A stretch of DNA of 39,477 nucleotides from positions 1,749,722 through 1,789,198 of the forward strand of contig CP070836.1 of the NCBI GenBank assembly GCA_020341795.1, read 5' to 3'. The DNA is from Thermoplasmatales archaeon (GTDB lineage: Archaea; Thermoplasmatota; E2; DHVEG-1). Below, in pieces: positions 29,219-38,407 of the stretch. The position numbers and the translations under genes were made by a program. The notes below the pieces were generated by a model that worked only from the letters and a program-made list of their open reading frames with translations, did no database searches and was not told where the DNA came from. The stretch's first letter is position 1. Each line of letters opens with the position of its first letter.

Positions 29219-29596
29219 ATGTGGTTTGAAATAATAATGTATATCCTTCTTGCTATTGGAGTTTTTTTCAATTTACTTGCAGGAGCTGGTTTACTCAGAT
29301 TCCCAGATGTTTATACAAGGCTTCATGCCGGAACAAAATGTACAACCTTTGGATCTATATTCATATGCGGATCAGTTATACTCCTTGGATTGAAAGCATG
29401 GTTATTTAATGGTAATGATGGTGGTGCATCATTAGCATTGCATACAGGTGTTGCTCTTGCCGCAATATTACTTACAAATCCAACTGGTGCTCATGCGATT
29501 GCTAGAGCTGCACATAGAAGTGGTGTAAAACCTGCCCAAGCAGTTATTGATGAACTTGAAAAAAAACCTGAATCAAAGTATGAGGTGAAAAAATAA
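29219..29596 (+). CDS. mbhC: Mrp/Mbh subunit G-like (MnhG/MbhC)
   Basis: RFPDVYTRLHAGTK and PTGAHAIARAA motifs. Confidence 0.9.
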   Translation: MWFEIIMYILLAIGVFFNLLAGAGLLRFPDVYTRLHAGTKCTTFGSIFICGSVILLGLKAWLFNGNDGGASLALHTGVALAAILLTNPTGAHAIARAAHRSGVKPAQAVIDELEKKPESKYEVKK

Positions 29597-29859
29597 TGAC
29601 AGAAGATCTTCTAATAAGCTTAATTCACATTGTGGTTCCTATTCTAATCATAGCGGCTTCAATTGTTGCTATATATCTTAAAGATTTAATCGCTGCTGCA
29701 ATTGCAGTTGCAGCAATGAGTCTCTTATTATCTCTCGAATTTTTCATACTGCAAGCACCAGATGTTGCAATTGCAGAAGCTGGAGTGGGCGCTTGTCTTA
29801 CAACTGCTATTTTAATTATCGCAATTAAATCAACAAAACGAATGGAGGATGAAGCGTAA
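29596..29859 (+). CDS. mbhD: MbhD-like subunit (DUF4040)
   Basis: [11 protein letters not shown] motif. Confidence 0.85.
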   Translation: MTEDLLISLIHIVVPILIIAASIVAIYLKDLIAAAIAVAAMSLLLSLEFFILQAPDVAIAEAGVGACLTTAILIIAIKSTKRMEDEA

Positions 29860-30155
29860 TGACAATGAGAAACGCTGCTGGAGTAATCTTCTTTGCTATT
29901 GTTGCTGTATTTTTTATTTTCAGTATACTAAGTTTACATCCATTTGGTGATTTCGGCGAAGAAGGAGATAAATATTATTTAGAACCTAAAATGGATGATT
30001 ATATAATTGACAACGCTCAAAATGAAACAGGTGCAAACAATGCTGTTACATCTGTAGTATTTGATTATCGAGGTTTTGATACTCTTGGTGAAGCCACTGT
30101 TTTATTCACTGCAGTTGCAGGTGTCATCCTTATCTTTAGGAGGTTGGGTAAATGA
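29859..30155 (+). CDS. mbhE: MbhE-like subunit
   Basis: [18 protein letters not shown] motif. Confidence 0.87.
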   Translation: MTMRNAAGVIFFAIVAVFFIFSILSLHPFGDFGEEGDKYYLEPKMDDYIIDNAQNETGANNAVTSVVFDYRGFDTLGEATVLFTAVAGVILIFRRLGK

Positions 30156-30643
30156 GTGGTATGTCAAAAATTGTTAAAACAATTACAAGTATTGCATTTC
30201 CTTTTGTAATGATATACGGATTATATGTAATATTACATGGTCATCTTACTCCAGGTGGAGGATTTCAAGGAGGAGCTGTTGTGGCATCTGCATGTGCAAT
30301 GATCGTTGTTGCATTTGGCTCAATTTGGACAATGAAAAAAATAAAAGAAAATCAGCTTTCTATATTAGAAAGTATAGGTGCAATAGGTTTTATTGTATTT
30401 GCATTTTTAGGACTTATTATTCTATTTGATAACAGTGGGATTTTTTTCAAAAATGTATTTGCAAATTCAGTCTATTTATTTGGACAATCAGTTGAATATG
30501 CAAGTACTACAGCTAATATCAACACAGCTGGAACTCTACCTTTAATGAATATTGCTGTGGGATTAAAAGTAATAGCAGGTCTTTTTGTAATTGTATTAGT
30601 GATGGCTTATGCTTCTAATAAAATAAAGGAGAGGGGAGACTAA
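30152..30643 (+). CDS. mbhF: MnhB/MbhF-like subunit
   Basis: [13 protein letters not shown] motif. Confidence 0.88.
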   Translation: MSGMSKIVKTITSIAFPFVMIYGLYVILHGHLTPGGGFQGGAVVASACAMIVVAFGSIWTMKKIKENQLSILESIGAIGFIVFAFLGLIILFDNSGIFFKNVFANSVYLFGQSVEYASTTANINTAGTLPLMNIAVGLKVIAGLFVIVLVMAYASNKIKERGD

Positions 30644-30994
30644 ATGATGGCTTTTTACGTTCCATATATTGCAGTAGTAGCATTAATACTGATTGGGCTT
30701 TATGCTGTTGTTTTTAAACGTAATTTGATTAAGATTGTAATCGGTATTACATTTATCGAGTGTGGAGTAAATCTATTTTTAATAACACTTGGATATCGTG
30801 AAAAGAGTATTGCACCTATTTATACGAGTTCACCAGGGGGCATTATGAGTTTGCCAGTTCCTCAAGCATTGACTCTTACAAGTATTGTTATAGGTGTTGC
30901 AGTACTTGCTTTGATGCTATCTTTAGTTGTTCACATTTATCGTCATTATAAAACGTTGGATGCTAGAAAAATAATAGGAGGAGATGAAGAATGA
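30644..30994 (+). CDS. mbhG: MnhC/MbhG-like subunit (NuoK-like)
   Basis: NLIK and PVPQALTLTSIVIG motifs. Confidence 0.88.
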   Translation: MMAFYVPYIAVVALILIGLYAVVFKRNLIKIVIGITFIECGVNLFLITLGYREKSIAPIYTSSPGGIMSLPVPQALTLTSIVIGVAVLALMLSLVVHIYRHYKTLDARKIIGGDEE

Positions 30995-32577
30995 ACGGAG
31001 TTGTAGATTGGTTGATTTTACATTCTCCAGCACTTATTATTGCAATTCCATTATTAGGTGCATTTCTAACAATTTTAATAGGTAAGATTGGTCCAAGAAT
31101 TAGAAATGTTTTTGTGATAATAATCATGGCAATTACAAGCTTTTTAATTCTATTATTGGTAAATGATGTTTTTACAAATGGTATTAGAACCTATGTATTT
31201 GGTGGAGGTTCAACATCAATTGAATCCTCTTATGCAATAAGAATTCTATTTGAAATTGATGGACTGAATGCATTTATTGCAATAATTGCAGCTATACTTC
31301 CAATTGTAGCTATAATATATTCCTGGGCTTTTATGAAGGAACATACTGGTTTAGACAAATATTACACATTAATTCTTCTAATGACTGCAGGTATGCTTGG
31401 TATGATTCTTACTGGTGACTTGTTTAATTTCTTTGTGTTTTTAGAAATTACAAGTATTGCATCTGCCGCATTGATTGCTTTTTACTTAGATAAACAAAAT
31501 TCTATTCAAGCAGCATTTAAATACATTGTTATTAGTGCGATTGGTGCACTGTTTTTATTATTTGCAGTAGCTTTGTTCTATGGTCAATATAACGCTTTAA
31601 ATATGGCTGTCATTGCAAATAATATATCTTTTACATTCATAGATAAAATAGCTCTTGTAGTTTTATTTGCTGCTCTTGCAATGAAAGCTGGAATAGTTCC
31701 AATGCATATGTGGCTTCCTGATGCATATGGACGAGCCCCTGCATCTATAACAGTTATACTTATTGGAACTACACTAGCAAGTTTATATGGACTTTTCAGA
31801 GTGATATTCACAATTTATGGAAAATATTTATTCTCATTTGATTCAACACAAATGGCTTTGACCTTAGGAGTTTTAATCATAATTTTAGCAGTGGTTACAA
31901 TAGTAATTGGTGTTTTCATGGCTTTGAAGCAAAATGATTTCAAACGAATGATTGCATTTGCGGCTATAGCTGAAATAGGGTATATGTTTCTTGCTGTGGG
32001 TGCAGCTTTATCAACATATACTTTTGAAAGAGGCGCTGCAATAATATCTGCATCAGGTCAAATGGCACTTAAAGGAGGGATTTTCCATATATTTAATGAT
32101 GCGTTAGATGTTGGACTATTATTCCTTGTTGCTGGTGCTGTTTATTATGCTGCAAAAGAAACATCTTTAAACAAACTTGGAGGACTTGCAAGAAACATGA
32201 AATACACCACTGTTTTTTTCCTCATAGGTCTTGCAGCAGTATCGGGTCTACCACCTATGAATGGATTTGCATCTAAACTTATAATTTATCAATCTATGTT
32301 TCAGATAAATCCATTATTAACCATTGTAGCAATTTTATGTAGTATATTGCTTCTTGCAGTATTTGTAAAGGTTTTTTACTCTGTATTCCTAGGTCCAAAA
32401 CTCCCAAAATTTTCAGGTGTAAAAGAAGTTCCAAAAAGTATGCTTATTGCTATGGGGATAATTGCTAGCATAATAGTTTTCATTGGTCTATTTCCAAACA
32501 TTTTTGTTGAAAACATTGTAACACCAGCCACAAATGCACTTCAAAATGCAACTAGTTACATTGGAGGTGTTTTATAG
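30991..32577 (+). CDS. mbhH: MnhD/MbhH-like proton-translocating antiporter subunit
   Basis: TGDLFNFFVFLEI, KAGIVPMHMWLPDAY and GLPPMNGFASK motifs. Confidence 0.92.
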   Translation: MNGVVDWLILHSPALIIAIPLLGAFLTILIGKIGPRIRNVFVIIIMAITSFLILLLVNDVFTNGIRTYVFGGGSTSIESSYAIRILFEIDGLNAFIAIIAAILPIVAIIYSWAFMKEHTGLDKYYTLILLMTAGMLGMILTGDLFNFFVFLEITSIASAALIAFYLDKQNSIQAAFKYIVISAIGALFLLFAVALFYGQYNALNMAVIANNISFTFIDKIALVVLFAALAMKAGIVPMHMWLPDAYGRAPASITVILIGTTLASLYGLFRVIFTIYGKYLFSFDSTQMALTLGVLIIILAVVTIVIGVFMALKQNDFKRMIAFAAIAEIGYMFLAVGAALSTYTFERGAAIISASGQMALKGGIFHIFNDALDVGLLFLVAGAVYYAAKETSLNKLGGLARNMKYTTVFFLIGLAAVSGLPPMNGFASKLIIYQSMFQINPLLTIVAILCSILLLAVFVKVFYSVFLGPKLPKFSGVKEVPKSMLIAMGIIASIIVFIGLFPNIFVENIVTPATNALQNATSYIGGVL

Positions 32578-32937
32578 ATGCTTGAATGGATTGAGCCTTT
32601 AATAAAAACACTTACAACAGATAGCGGTTTTTGGAATCCATTAGTATGGGGTATAGTTTTCATAATATCATATCTAGTAATCTATATAGTCAGAGGAATG
32701 GGTAAAAAAGAATACAAAAAAGACACAGGTCAGACTCAAGTGTTTCTCTCAGGAAATCCAGAATACGATAAAGAAAAAATGCATGTACCTGGTGCAAATG
32801 TTTATTGGGGTTTTACAGAAGCATTAAAATGGCTTTATAACAAGTTTGATAAAATGCACACAGGTAATGTTAGCGACTATATTCTATGGTTTGTTTTAAT
32901 AATGGGACTATTTCTAGTTATTATGGTGGTGATCTAA
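32578..32937 (+). CDS. mbhI: MbhI-like subunit
   Basis: GFWNP, FLSG and HTGNVSDY motifs; position in operon. Confidence 0.8.
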   Translation: MLEWIEPLIKTLTTDSGFWNPLVWGIVFIISYLVIYIVRGMGKKEYKKDTGQTQVFLSGNPEYDKEKMHVPGANVYWGFTEALKWLYNKFDKMHTGNVSDYILWFVLIMGLFLVIMVVI

Positions 32938-32939
32938 AA

Positions 32940-34067
32940 ATGTTAGAAATAACAGATCTTTCATTTTTTATTCTTAAAATCATAATAGGAACAATCGGAC
33001 TTATTGCTTTTGGAATCGTATTCGGACTTATATACAAAGGTGTTGACAGGAAATTATCAGCACATATGCAAGGACGAATAGGACCCCCAGTACGCCAACC
33101 ATTTAGAGATATAGTTAAACTATTTACAAAAGAAAATATTGTTCCAGATAATGCAATACCATGGGTTTACAATCTCGCACCTTTGATAGGACTTATTGCT
33201 ACAATGACAATATTATTATACCTACCTATTGGAGGATTTAATCCCCTGCTATCAAATCAAGGAGACCTAATATTAATACTTTATTTATTGTTAATTCCTT
33301 CACTTGCAATGGTAATTGGAGGATTTGCATCAGGATCACCATATGCAACAGTTGGTGCACAAAGAGAAATGGCAACAATGATTGGATATGAGTTTCCACT
33401 TGCTATTGTAATAGTAACTTTTGCATGGGCACTAGGAAATCAATCACTTGCACCAACTGTTATTCAAGGTATATCAGGAGCAGCTGAGCCTGTAGTATTG
33501 CAAAATACATTTTCATTAGCAGTTATTTCAGGAATCCCTATATGGGGAACAGTTGGAATAATAGGTTTAATAGGTATAATAGTCCTGCTTCTTGCACTTC
33601 TTATTGTGACACCTGCTGAGCTTTCAAAAATACCCTTTGACACTCCAGAAGCTGAAACAGAAATCGCAGGAGGTTTATTAACAGAATACAGTGGTAGAAA
33701 CCTTGGTATTTTTTATCTCACTGACGCTGTAAAAACTGTGGTGATGGCATCTATAATTGTTGCATTGTTCTTTCCATGGAATCTAGCAGAATTACTATCT
33801 ATTGAAGATCCAATTTGGCTTGTATATGTACTAAATATCATTTTCTTCCTAATAAAAGTCCTAATCGTAATCATATTTTCAGTTACTCTTATAAGAGTTG
33901 CAATAGCACGTTTAAAAATCGATCAAATAGTATATACATACTGGCTATGGATAACTCTTCTTGCACTAGTTGGATTAATATGTATAATGTGGGATCAGCA
34001 AATGATTGTTAGCCAATGGAATTTCCTTGATGGCTATCAACCAATCGTTTCTTATCTGGGATTATAA
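32940..34067 (+). CDS. mbhM: NuoH/MbhM-like membrane subunit
   Basis: RKLSAHMQGRIGPP..QPF.D..KL and PFDTPEAETEIAGG..TEYSG motifs; ATG 32940 follows GGTGGTGA. Confidence 0.92.
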   Translation: MLEITDLSFFILKIIIGTIGLIAFGIVFGLIYKGVDRKLSAHMQGRIGPPVRQPFRDIVKLFTKENIVPDNAIPWVYNLAPLIGLIATMTILLYLPIGGFNPLLSNQGDLILILYLLLIPSLAMVIGGFASGSPYATVGAQREMATMIGYEFPLAIVIVTFAWALGNQSLAPTVIQGISGAAEPVVLQNTFSLAVISGIPIWGTVGIIGLIGIIVLLLALLIVTPAELSKIPFDTPEAETEIAGGLLTEYSGRNLGIFYLTDAVKTVVMASIIVALFFPWNLAELLSIEDPIWLVYVLNIIFFLIKVLIVIIFSVTLIRVAIARLKIDQIVYTYWLWITLLALVGLICIMWDQQMIVSQWNFLDGYQPIVSYLGL

Positions 34068-34074
34068 AATATCT

Positions 34075-35412
34075 CTATACCATATTTTTTTTCTTTTTCT
34101 TACTAATTTTTTCAAGATATTCTAAATAATCATAGTTTTGTCTGATAATTTTTTTGAATAAATACTTGACATAGAGAGTTTCTAAACCATAAAAAATCTC
34201 ACCATGTCCAAAATGACTAAAGACTTTTGAATTTGAGTAAAAACTTTGATAAGCATCAATTATTCCTTCTTGTAGCTCAAGAGGTGTCATATTTTTCGGG
34301 TAAAAAACAACATGTGTACCATCATAGTAATCCCAATTGTTTGAAAATATTCTATTTTCTGTTTCAAGTTCAGTTCTTATATCTGTTCCTACGTATGGCG
34401 TTAAAGCACTAAAAGTGGGAAAATCTATTTCAGTTTCTTGGCAAAAATCAACTGTTTTTTTATAAACTGATTTATCATCATGATCCGCACCAAAAATAAA
34501 TGATCCGAATACACGAATTCCATAATCTTTTATTTTCTTAATGTTATTTTTAATAATTTCTGGTGTCTGTATTTTATTATAAGAATCAAGTACTTTTTGA
34601 TCAATCGACTCAAGACCTATTGCAAAATGAAAGCTTGATACTTCACTGCACAATTTTAAAAGGACATCATCATTTGCTACATCTATACTAACACTAGGCC
34701 AAGCATATTTGGGTGTAATACTATTTTCTTTCATCTGCTTTAAAATATCAATTGCTCGTTTTTTATCAGCAGTAAAATTAGGCTCATCAAAACATAGAGT
34801 TCTAAGATGATTAAAACTTAATAGATAGTCAATAATCCTTTTTGTAGAAACTACTCTATACTTACGTCCAAACATAGCTTTAAGTGAGCAAAATTTACAG
34901 TTAAAAGGACAACCTCGACTGGTACAAACTGATACATTTTTAGGAGTTTTCATCCCTTCAACAAGATTGTAATCAGGCATGGGAATAGTGTTTAAATCAA
35001 CTACTGGAGAACCCTTTATAATATCTTTTTTTGACTTGTTATTCAGTAAGTTAAATAGAACATTTTCTCCTTCACCTAAAATAACATTATCACAATGATT
35101 TAATGCTTCTTCTGCTTGAAATGTAACATGCAATCCACCCATAAAAACCTTTGAACCTTTCTCTAGAAATAAATCTCCAAGTTCATAAGCACGGTTAACT
35201 GTTGCACTCATAGATGTGATAAGCACATAATCAGCATCTATATTATCATAATTAGGAGTTTTAAATGACTCGTCATACATTTTAACAGAATAACCTTTAT
35301 CACGAAGCATTGTACCAAGAATTAAAATACCAGATAAAGGAGTTTTAATAACAGAGATATCTGAAGCACTCTTATTTTTTGCTCGAGGAGCAACAAGTAG
35401 TACAGATTCCAC
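34075..35412 (-). CDS. B12-binding-domain radical SAM protein (class B-like)
   Basis: N-terminal B12-binding-like domain (MGGLHVT, GEGE), TSRGCPFNCKFC and TPYVGT. Confidence 0.9.
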   Translation of the reverse strand: MESVLLVAPRAKNKSASDISVIKTPLSGILILGTMLRDKGYSVKMYDESFKTPNYDNIDADYVLITSMSATVNRAYELGDLFLEKGSKVFMGGLHVTFQAEEALNHCDNVILGEGENVLFNLLNNKSKKDIIKGSPVVDLNTIPMPDYNLVEGMKTPKNVSVCTSRGCPFNCKFCSLKAMFGRKYRVVSTKRIIDYLLSFNHLRTLCFDEPNFTADKKRAIDILKQMKENSITPKYAWPSVSIDVANDDVLLKLCSEVSSFHFAIGLESIDQKVLDSYNKIQTPEIIKNNIKKIKDYGIRVFGSFIFGADHDDKSVYKKTVDFCQETEIDFPTFSALTPYVGTDIRTELETENRIFSNNWDYYDGTHVVFYPKNMTPLELQEGIIDAYQSFYSNSKVFSHFGHGEIFYGLETLYVKYLFKKIIRQNYDYLEYLEKISKKKKKNMV

Positions 35413-35517
35413 ATTAATCCTTTAATTAATATTTGATTTTAAATTTTTTCTAGACAATTTTCTATAATACTATAATAAGCCTATTAAATCAAATCCGTAT
35501 TTAGCAAACGAATTAAG

Positions 35518-36459
35518 ATGGATTCACCTTTAAAAAAAGCGGAGAGTAACAGTGTAGCGTTTCTATTTATATTAATTCCTACAATAATGTTAATTTTTGG
35601 TTATATTTTATTTCCGGAACCAACCTATTCTGAAGATCTATCAATAATATTATTGCAAATACCGATGTTTTTGGGATTAATTCTTCTGGGAATTGGTTTT
35701 TTTATAAAAAATTCTATTGGTAACATTGTAAAAATATTAGGATGGTTTGTCTTTGCAGCTTACTGGGCAACGCAACCAGCTATAATGTATTTGAGTGAAG
35801 ATGGGGATATTTTCAATGCAGTGGTTGGTATATTAGGTGTCTATATTCTTTGTTATATTGCATACCATGAATGGATCTCATTGGAAAGAAAAGAGAAAAT
35901 AAGCTGCTTAAATTGGATAGCTGGTGCATCAAGTATTGCAGGTATTGTTTATTTTGGAATTGAAAGAACAGCTATTGGCACTTGGCTTACTGAAAGAGTT
36001 GCTGAACAAAGCGAATGGGTTTTAAATTTAATAATTGGAAATTCAGAGATAAGTGGAACACATATATCATTAGATGGGAATTATGCAGTTACAATAATTT
36101 TTGCATGTACTGCGATACAAGCAATGGTTGTTTTCATTGGAATGATAGGTGCATTACCTAAAATAAATCTAAAAAGAAGAATAATCGGACTAATGATAAC
36201 TTTGATACCAATATATATTCTGAATCTTCTTCGCAATGCAATGGTTGCATTTCTTGTTGGACGAGACATCACTGATTTTTTTATAGCTCATAATGTAATT
36301 TCTAAACTTGGTGCTTTAATTACATTAATAATTTTACTTTTTATTGTCATTAAGTTAATACCTGAGATTTTTGATGAAATTATGTGTCTTGTTGATCTTC
36401 ATAAAAGAAATGGACCTATTGAAAAAGCGTTTAAAAAAATATTTGGGAGTAAAAAATAA
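35518..36459 (+). CDS. artA: Archaeosortase A
   Basis: Multi-TM protein with IIFACTAIQ (catalytic Cys), NLLRN (Arg) and AHN. Confidence 0.85.
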   Translation: MDSPLKKAESNSVAFLFILIPTIMLIFGYILFPEPTYSEDLSIILLQIPMFLGLILLGIGFFIKNSIGNIVKILGWFVFAAYWATQPAIMYLSEDGDIFNAVVGILGVYILCYIAYHEWISLERKEKISCLNWIAGASSIAGIVYFGIERTAIGTWLTERVAEQSEWVLNLIIGNSEISGTHISLDGNYAVTIIFACTAIQAMVVFIGMIGALPKINLKRRIIGLMITLIPIYILNLLRNAMVAFLVGRDITDFFIAHNVISKLGALITLIILLFIVIKLIPEIFDEIMCLVDLHKRNGPIEKAFKKIFGSKK

Positions 36460-36460
36460 A

Positions 36461-37114
36461 ATGAGAATTGCCCAAGATTCAAAATCATGGATCTATTTTT
36501 TCATTTTTCTATCAATTATTTTTTTAGTTTTATCCTTAGTTTTAATACAATTCAACATATTATTTATAATGTTATTGATTTTTTCGTTTATTTTTTTCTT
36601 GATTTTTTTGTTTTTACTCTTATTTTTCAGAGATCCTAACAGGAAAATCGGATCAGGAGTATTAGCCTGTGCCGATGGTAAAATTAGGAGTATTACGAAT
36701 TTAAAAGATGAAATAATAGGAGATTGCATATGTATTTCTACTTTTATGAATTTGCATAATGTGCATGTTAACCGCTCTCCTTTTGATGGAATTGTTGATA
36801 ACATCAAACATATTTCTGGAATTCATCTACCAGCTTTTAAGAAAGAATCCGAGAAAAATGAACGTGTTATTACCATTATTAACACCTCAATTGGAAATTT
36901 AAAAATAGTACAAATCGCAGGGACATTTGCAAGACGTATTGTACCATATATATCTAAAGGAGACAAGATAAAAAAAGGTGATCGAATTGGAATAATCAGG
37001 TTTGGTTCTCGTGTAGATTTGTATCTTCCAAAAAATAAAATAAATAAATTAAATATTAAAATAGGGGATATTGTATTAGCAGGGGAGGATAGTATTGCAG
37101 AGGTCAATGGTTAA
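36461..37114 (+). CDS. psd: Phosphatidylserine/archaetidylserine decarboxylase proenzyme
   Basis: FFRDP.R, ADG, FMN..NVHVNRSP, QIAG..ARRI and RFGSRVD (G-S autocleavage site). Confidence 0.93.
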   Translation: MRIAQDSKSWIYFFIFLSIIFLVLSLVLIQFNILFIMLLIFSFIFFLIFLFLLLFFRDPNRKIGSGVLACADGKIRSITNLKDEIIGDCICISTFMNLHNVHVNRSPFDGIVDNIKHISGIHLPAFKKESEKNERVITIINTSIGNLKIVQIAGTFARRIVPYISKGDKIKKGDRIGIIRFGSRVDLYLPKNKINKLNIKIGDIVLAGEDSIAEVNG

Positions 37115-37805
37115 ACTATTATCTCTAGCGGATATATTTTCAATTACAAACGCCATATTTGGATTTCTTGCAATTCTAATACTTTTTACAGATCTAATAG
37201 GTTCTTTTAATATAAAAGTACATATATCTTTATCGTTAATTCTACTCGGCCTTCTTGCAGATGGACTTGATGGAATAATTGCTCGTAAAGTAAAAAAAAG
37301 TCAGATAGGTGAATATCTTGAGACAATGGCTGATATGACTTCAATGTGTGTCGCACCTGCAGCATTCATATTTTTTGTATACTATTCATCAGAAATTATA
37401 ACATTTAGCATTTATAGACACATTTATTTAATTGTCGCTCTTGTATTATTTTTATCATTTGGTATAGTAAGGCTTGCAAGTTTTCATATTATAAAAGAGG
37501 AAAAAATCTACATAGGACTTCCTGCATCAGCTAGTGCCATTTTATTATTGATTCTTGCATATTTTGAAATATGGTTTATATTAATTTTACCTGTAGTAAT
37601 AATAATTGGTGCTTTCATGGCATCCAATATTGTTTTCCCAAAAACTAACTTAAAAATAAATGCAACTGCATTTATTTTGATTCTTTTAACAATAATTATT
37701 GGAAAAGAATTTTTTGGTATAGCCCCATTTCTTCTATTTCTAGCAATCCTTATTTATGTTATTGCTGGTCCAATTTATTTAAAAACATCAAAGAAAAATC
37801 GATAA
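37107..37805 (+). CDS. pssA: CDP-alcohol phosphatidyltransferase, probable archaetidylserine synthase
   Basis: AD..S..N, DGLDG..AR.......G...E...D, RLA.F and GLP motifs; adjacent to psd. Confidence 0.85.
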   Translation: MVKLLSLADIFSITNAIFGFLAILILFTDLIGSFNIKVHISLSLILLGLLADGLDGIIARKVKKSQIGEYLETMADMTSMCVAPAAFIFFVYYSSEIITFSIYRHIYLIVALVLFLSFGIVRLASFHIIKEEKIYIGLPASASAILLLILAYFEIWFILILPVVIIIGAFMASNIVFPKTNLKINATAFILILLTIIIGKEFFGIAPFLLFLAILIYVIAGPIYLKTSKKNR

Positions 37806-37844
37806 AAACATTTCTAAAGAGAAAACGCATTACCTCTTGCTATT

Positions 37845-38405
37845 ATGGATGATATACCAAAGATTGGTATTACAGGTATGCCAAGTGTGGGGAAGACAGA
37901 AACTCTTCTAAAAATAATTAAATCACTTGAAGACCATGGTTATGTTGTTCAGGGCATGATCACCGAACCTATTATTGAAAAGAAACATCGTGTAGGTTTT
38001 TATGTAACTAATTGGCGAACAAAAGAACACGAAGTCTTTGCCCATATTGAATATGAGCATAAAGAAAAAGTTGGAAAATATGGAGTAGATACAGGTGCTC
38101 TAGATAGAGTCGGTGTTCCTGCTATCGAAGAAGCAATAATTGATGAAGAAGTCAATATAATAGTAATTGATGAAATCGGTAAAATGGAGATGCTCTCTGA
38201 GAAATTCTGTGAAATGGTTATTGAAGCACTGGATTCAGATAAACCAATAATGGTGACACTACATAAGAAATCCCGTACACCATTGTTGCAGGATGTGAGA
38301 CGCCGTGATGACATACGCATTTTAGAGGTAACACCTGTAAACCGTAATCTTCTACCATATAAAATTGAAAAGATAATGGAAGAAAAACTACCTCCTTTGT
38401 TTTAG
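37845..38405 (+). CDS. Nucleoside-triphosphatase (THEP1/NTPCR family)
   Basis: ITGMPSVGKT, VGKYGVD and IDEIGKME motifs. Confidence 0.93.
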   Translation: MDDIPKIGITGMPSVGKTETLLKIIKSLEDHGYVVQGMITEPIIEKKHRVGFYVTNWRTKEHEVFAHIEYEHKEKVGKYGVDTGALDRVGVPAIEEAIIDEEVNIIVIDEIGKMEMLSEKFCEMVIEALDSDKPIMVTLHKKSRTPLLQDVRRRDDIRILEVTPVNRNLLPYKIEKIMEEKLPPLF

Positions 38406-38407
38406 TT

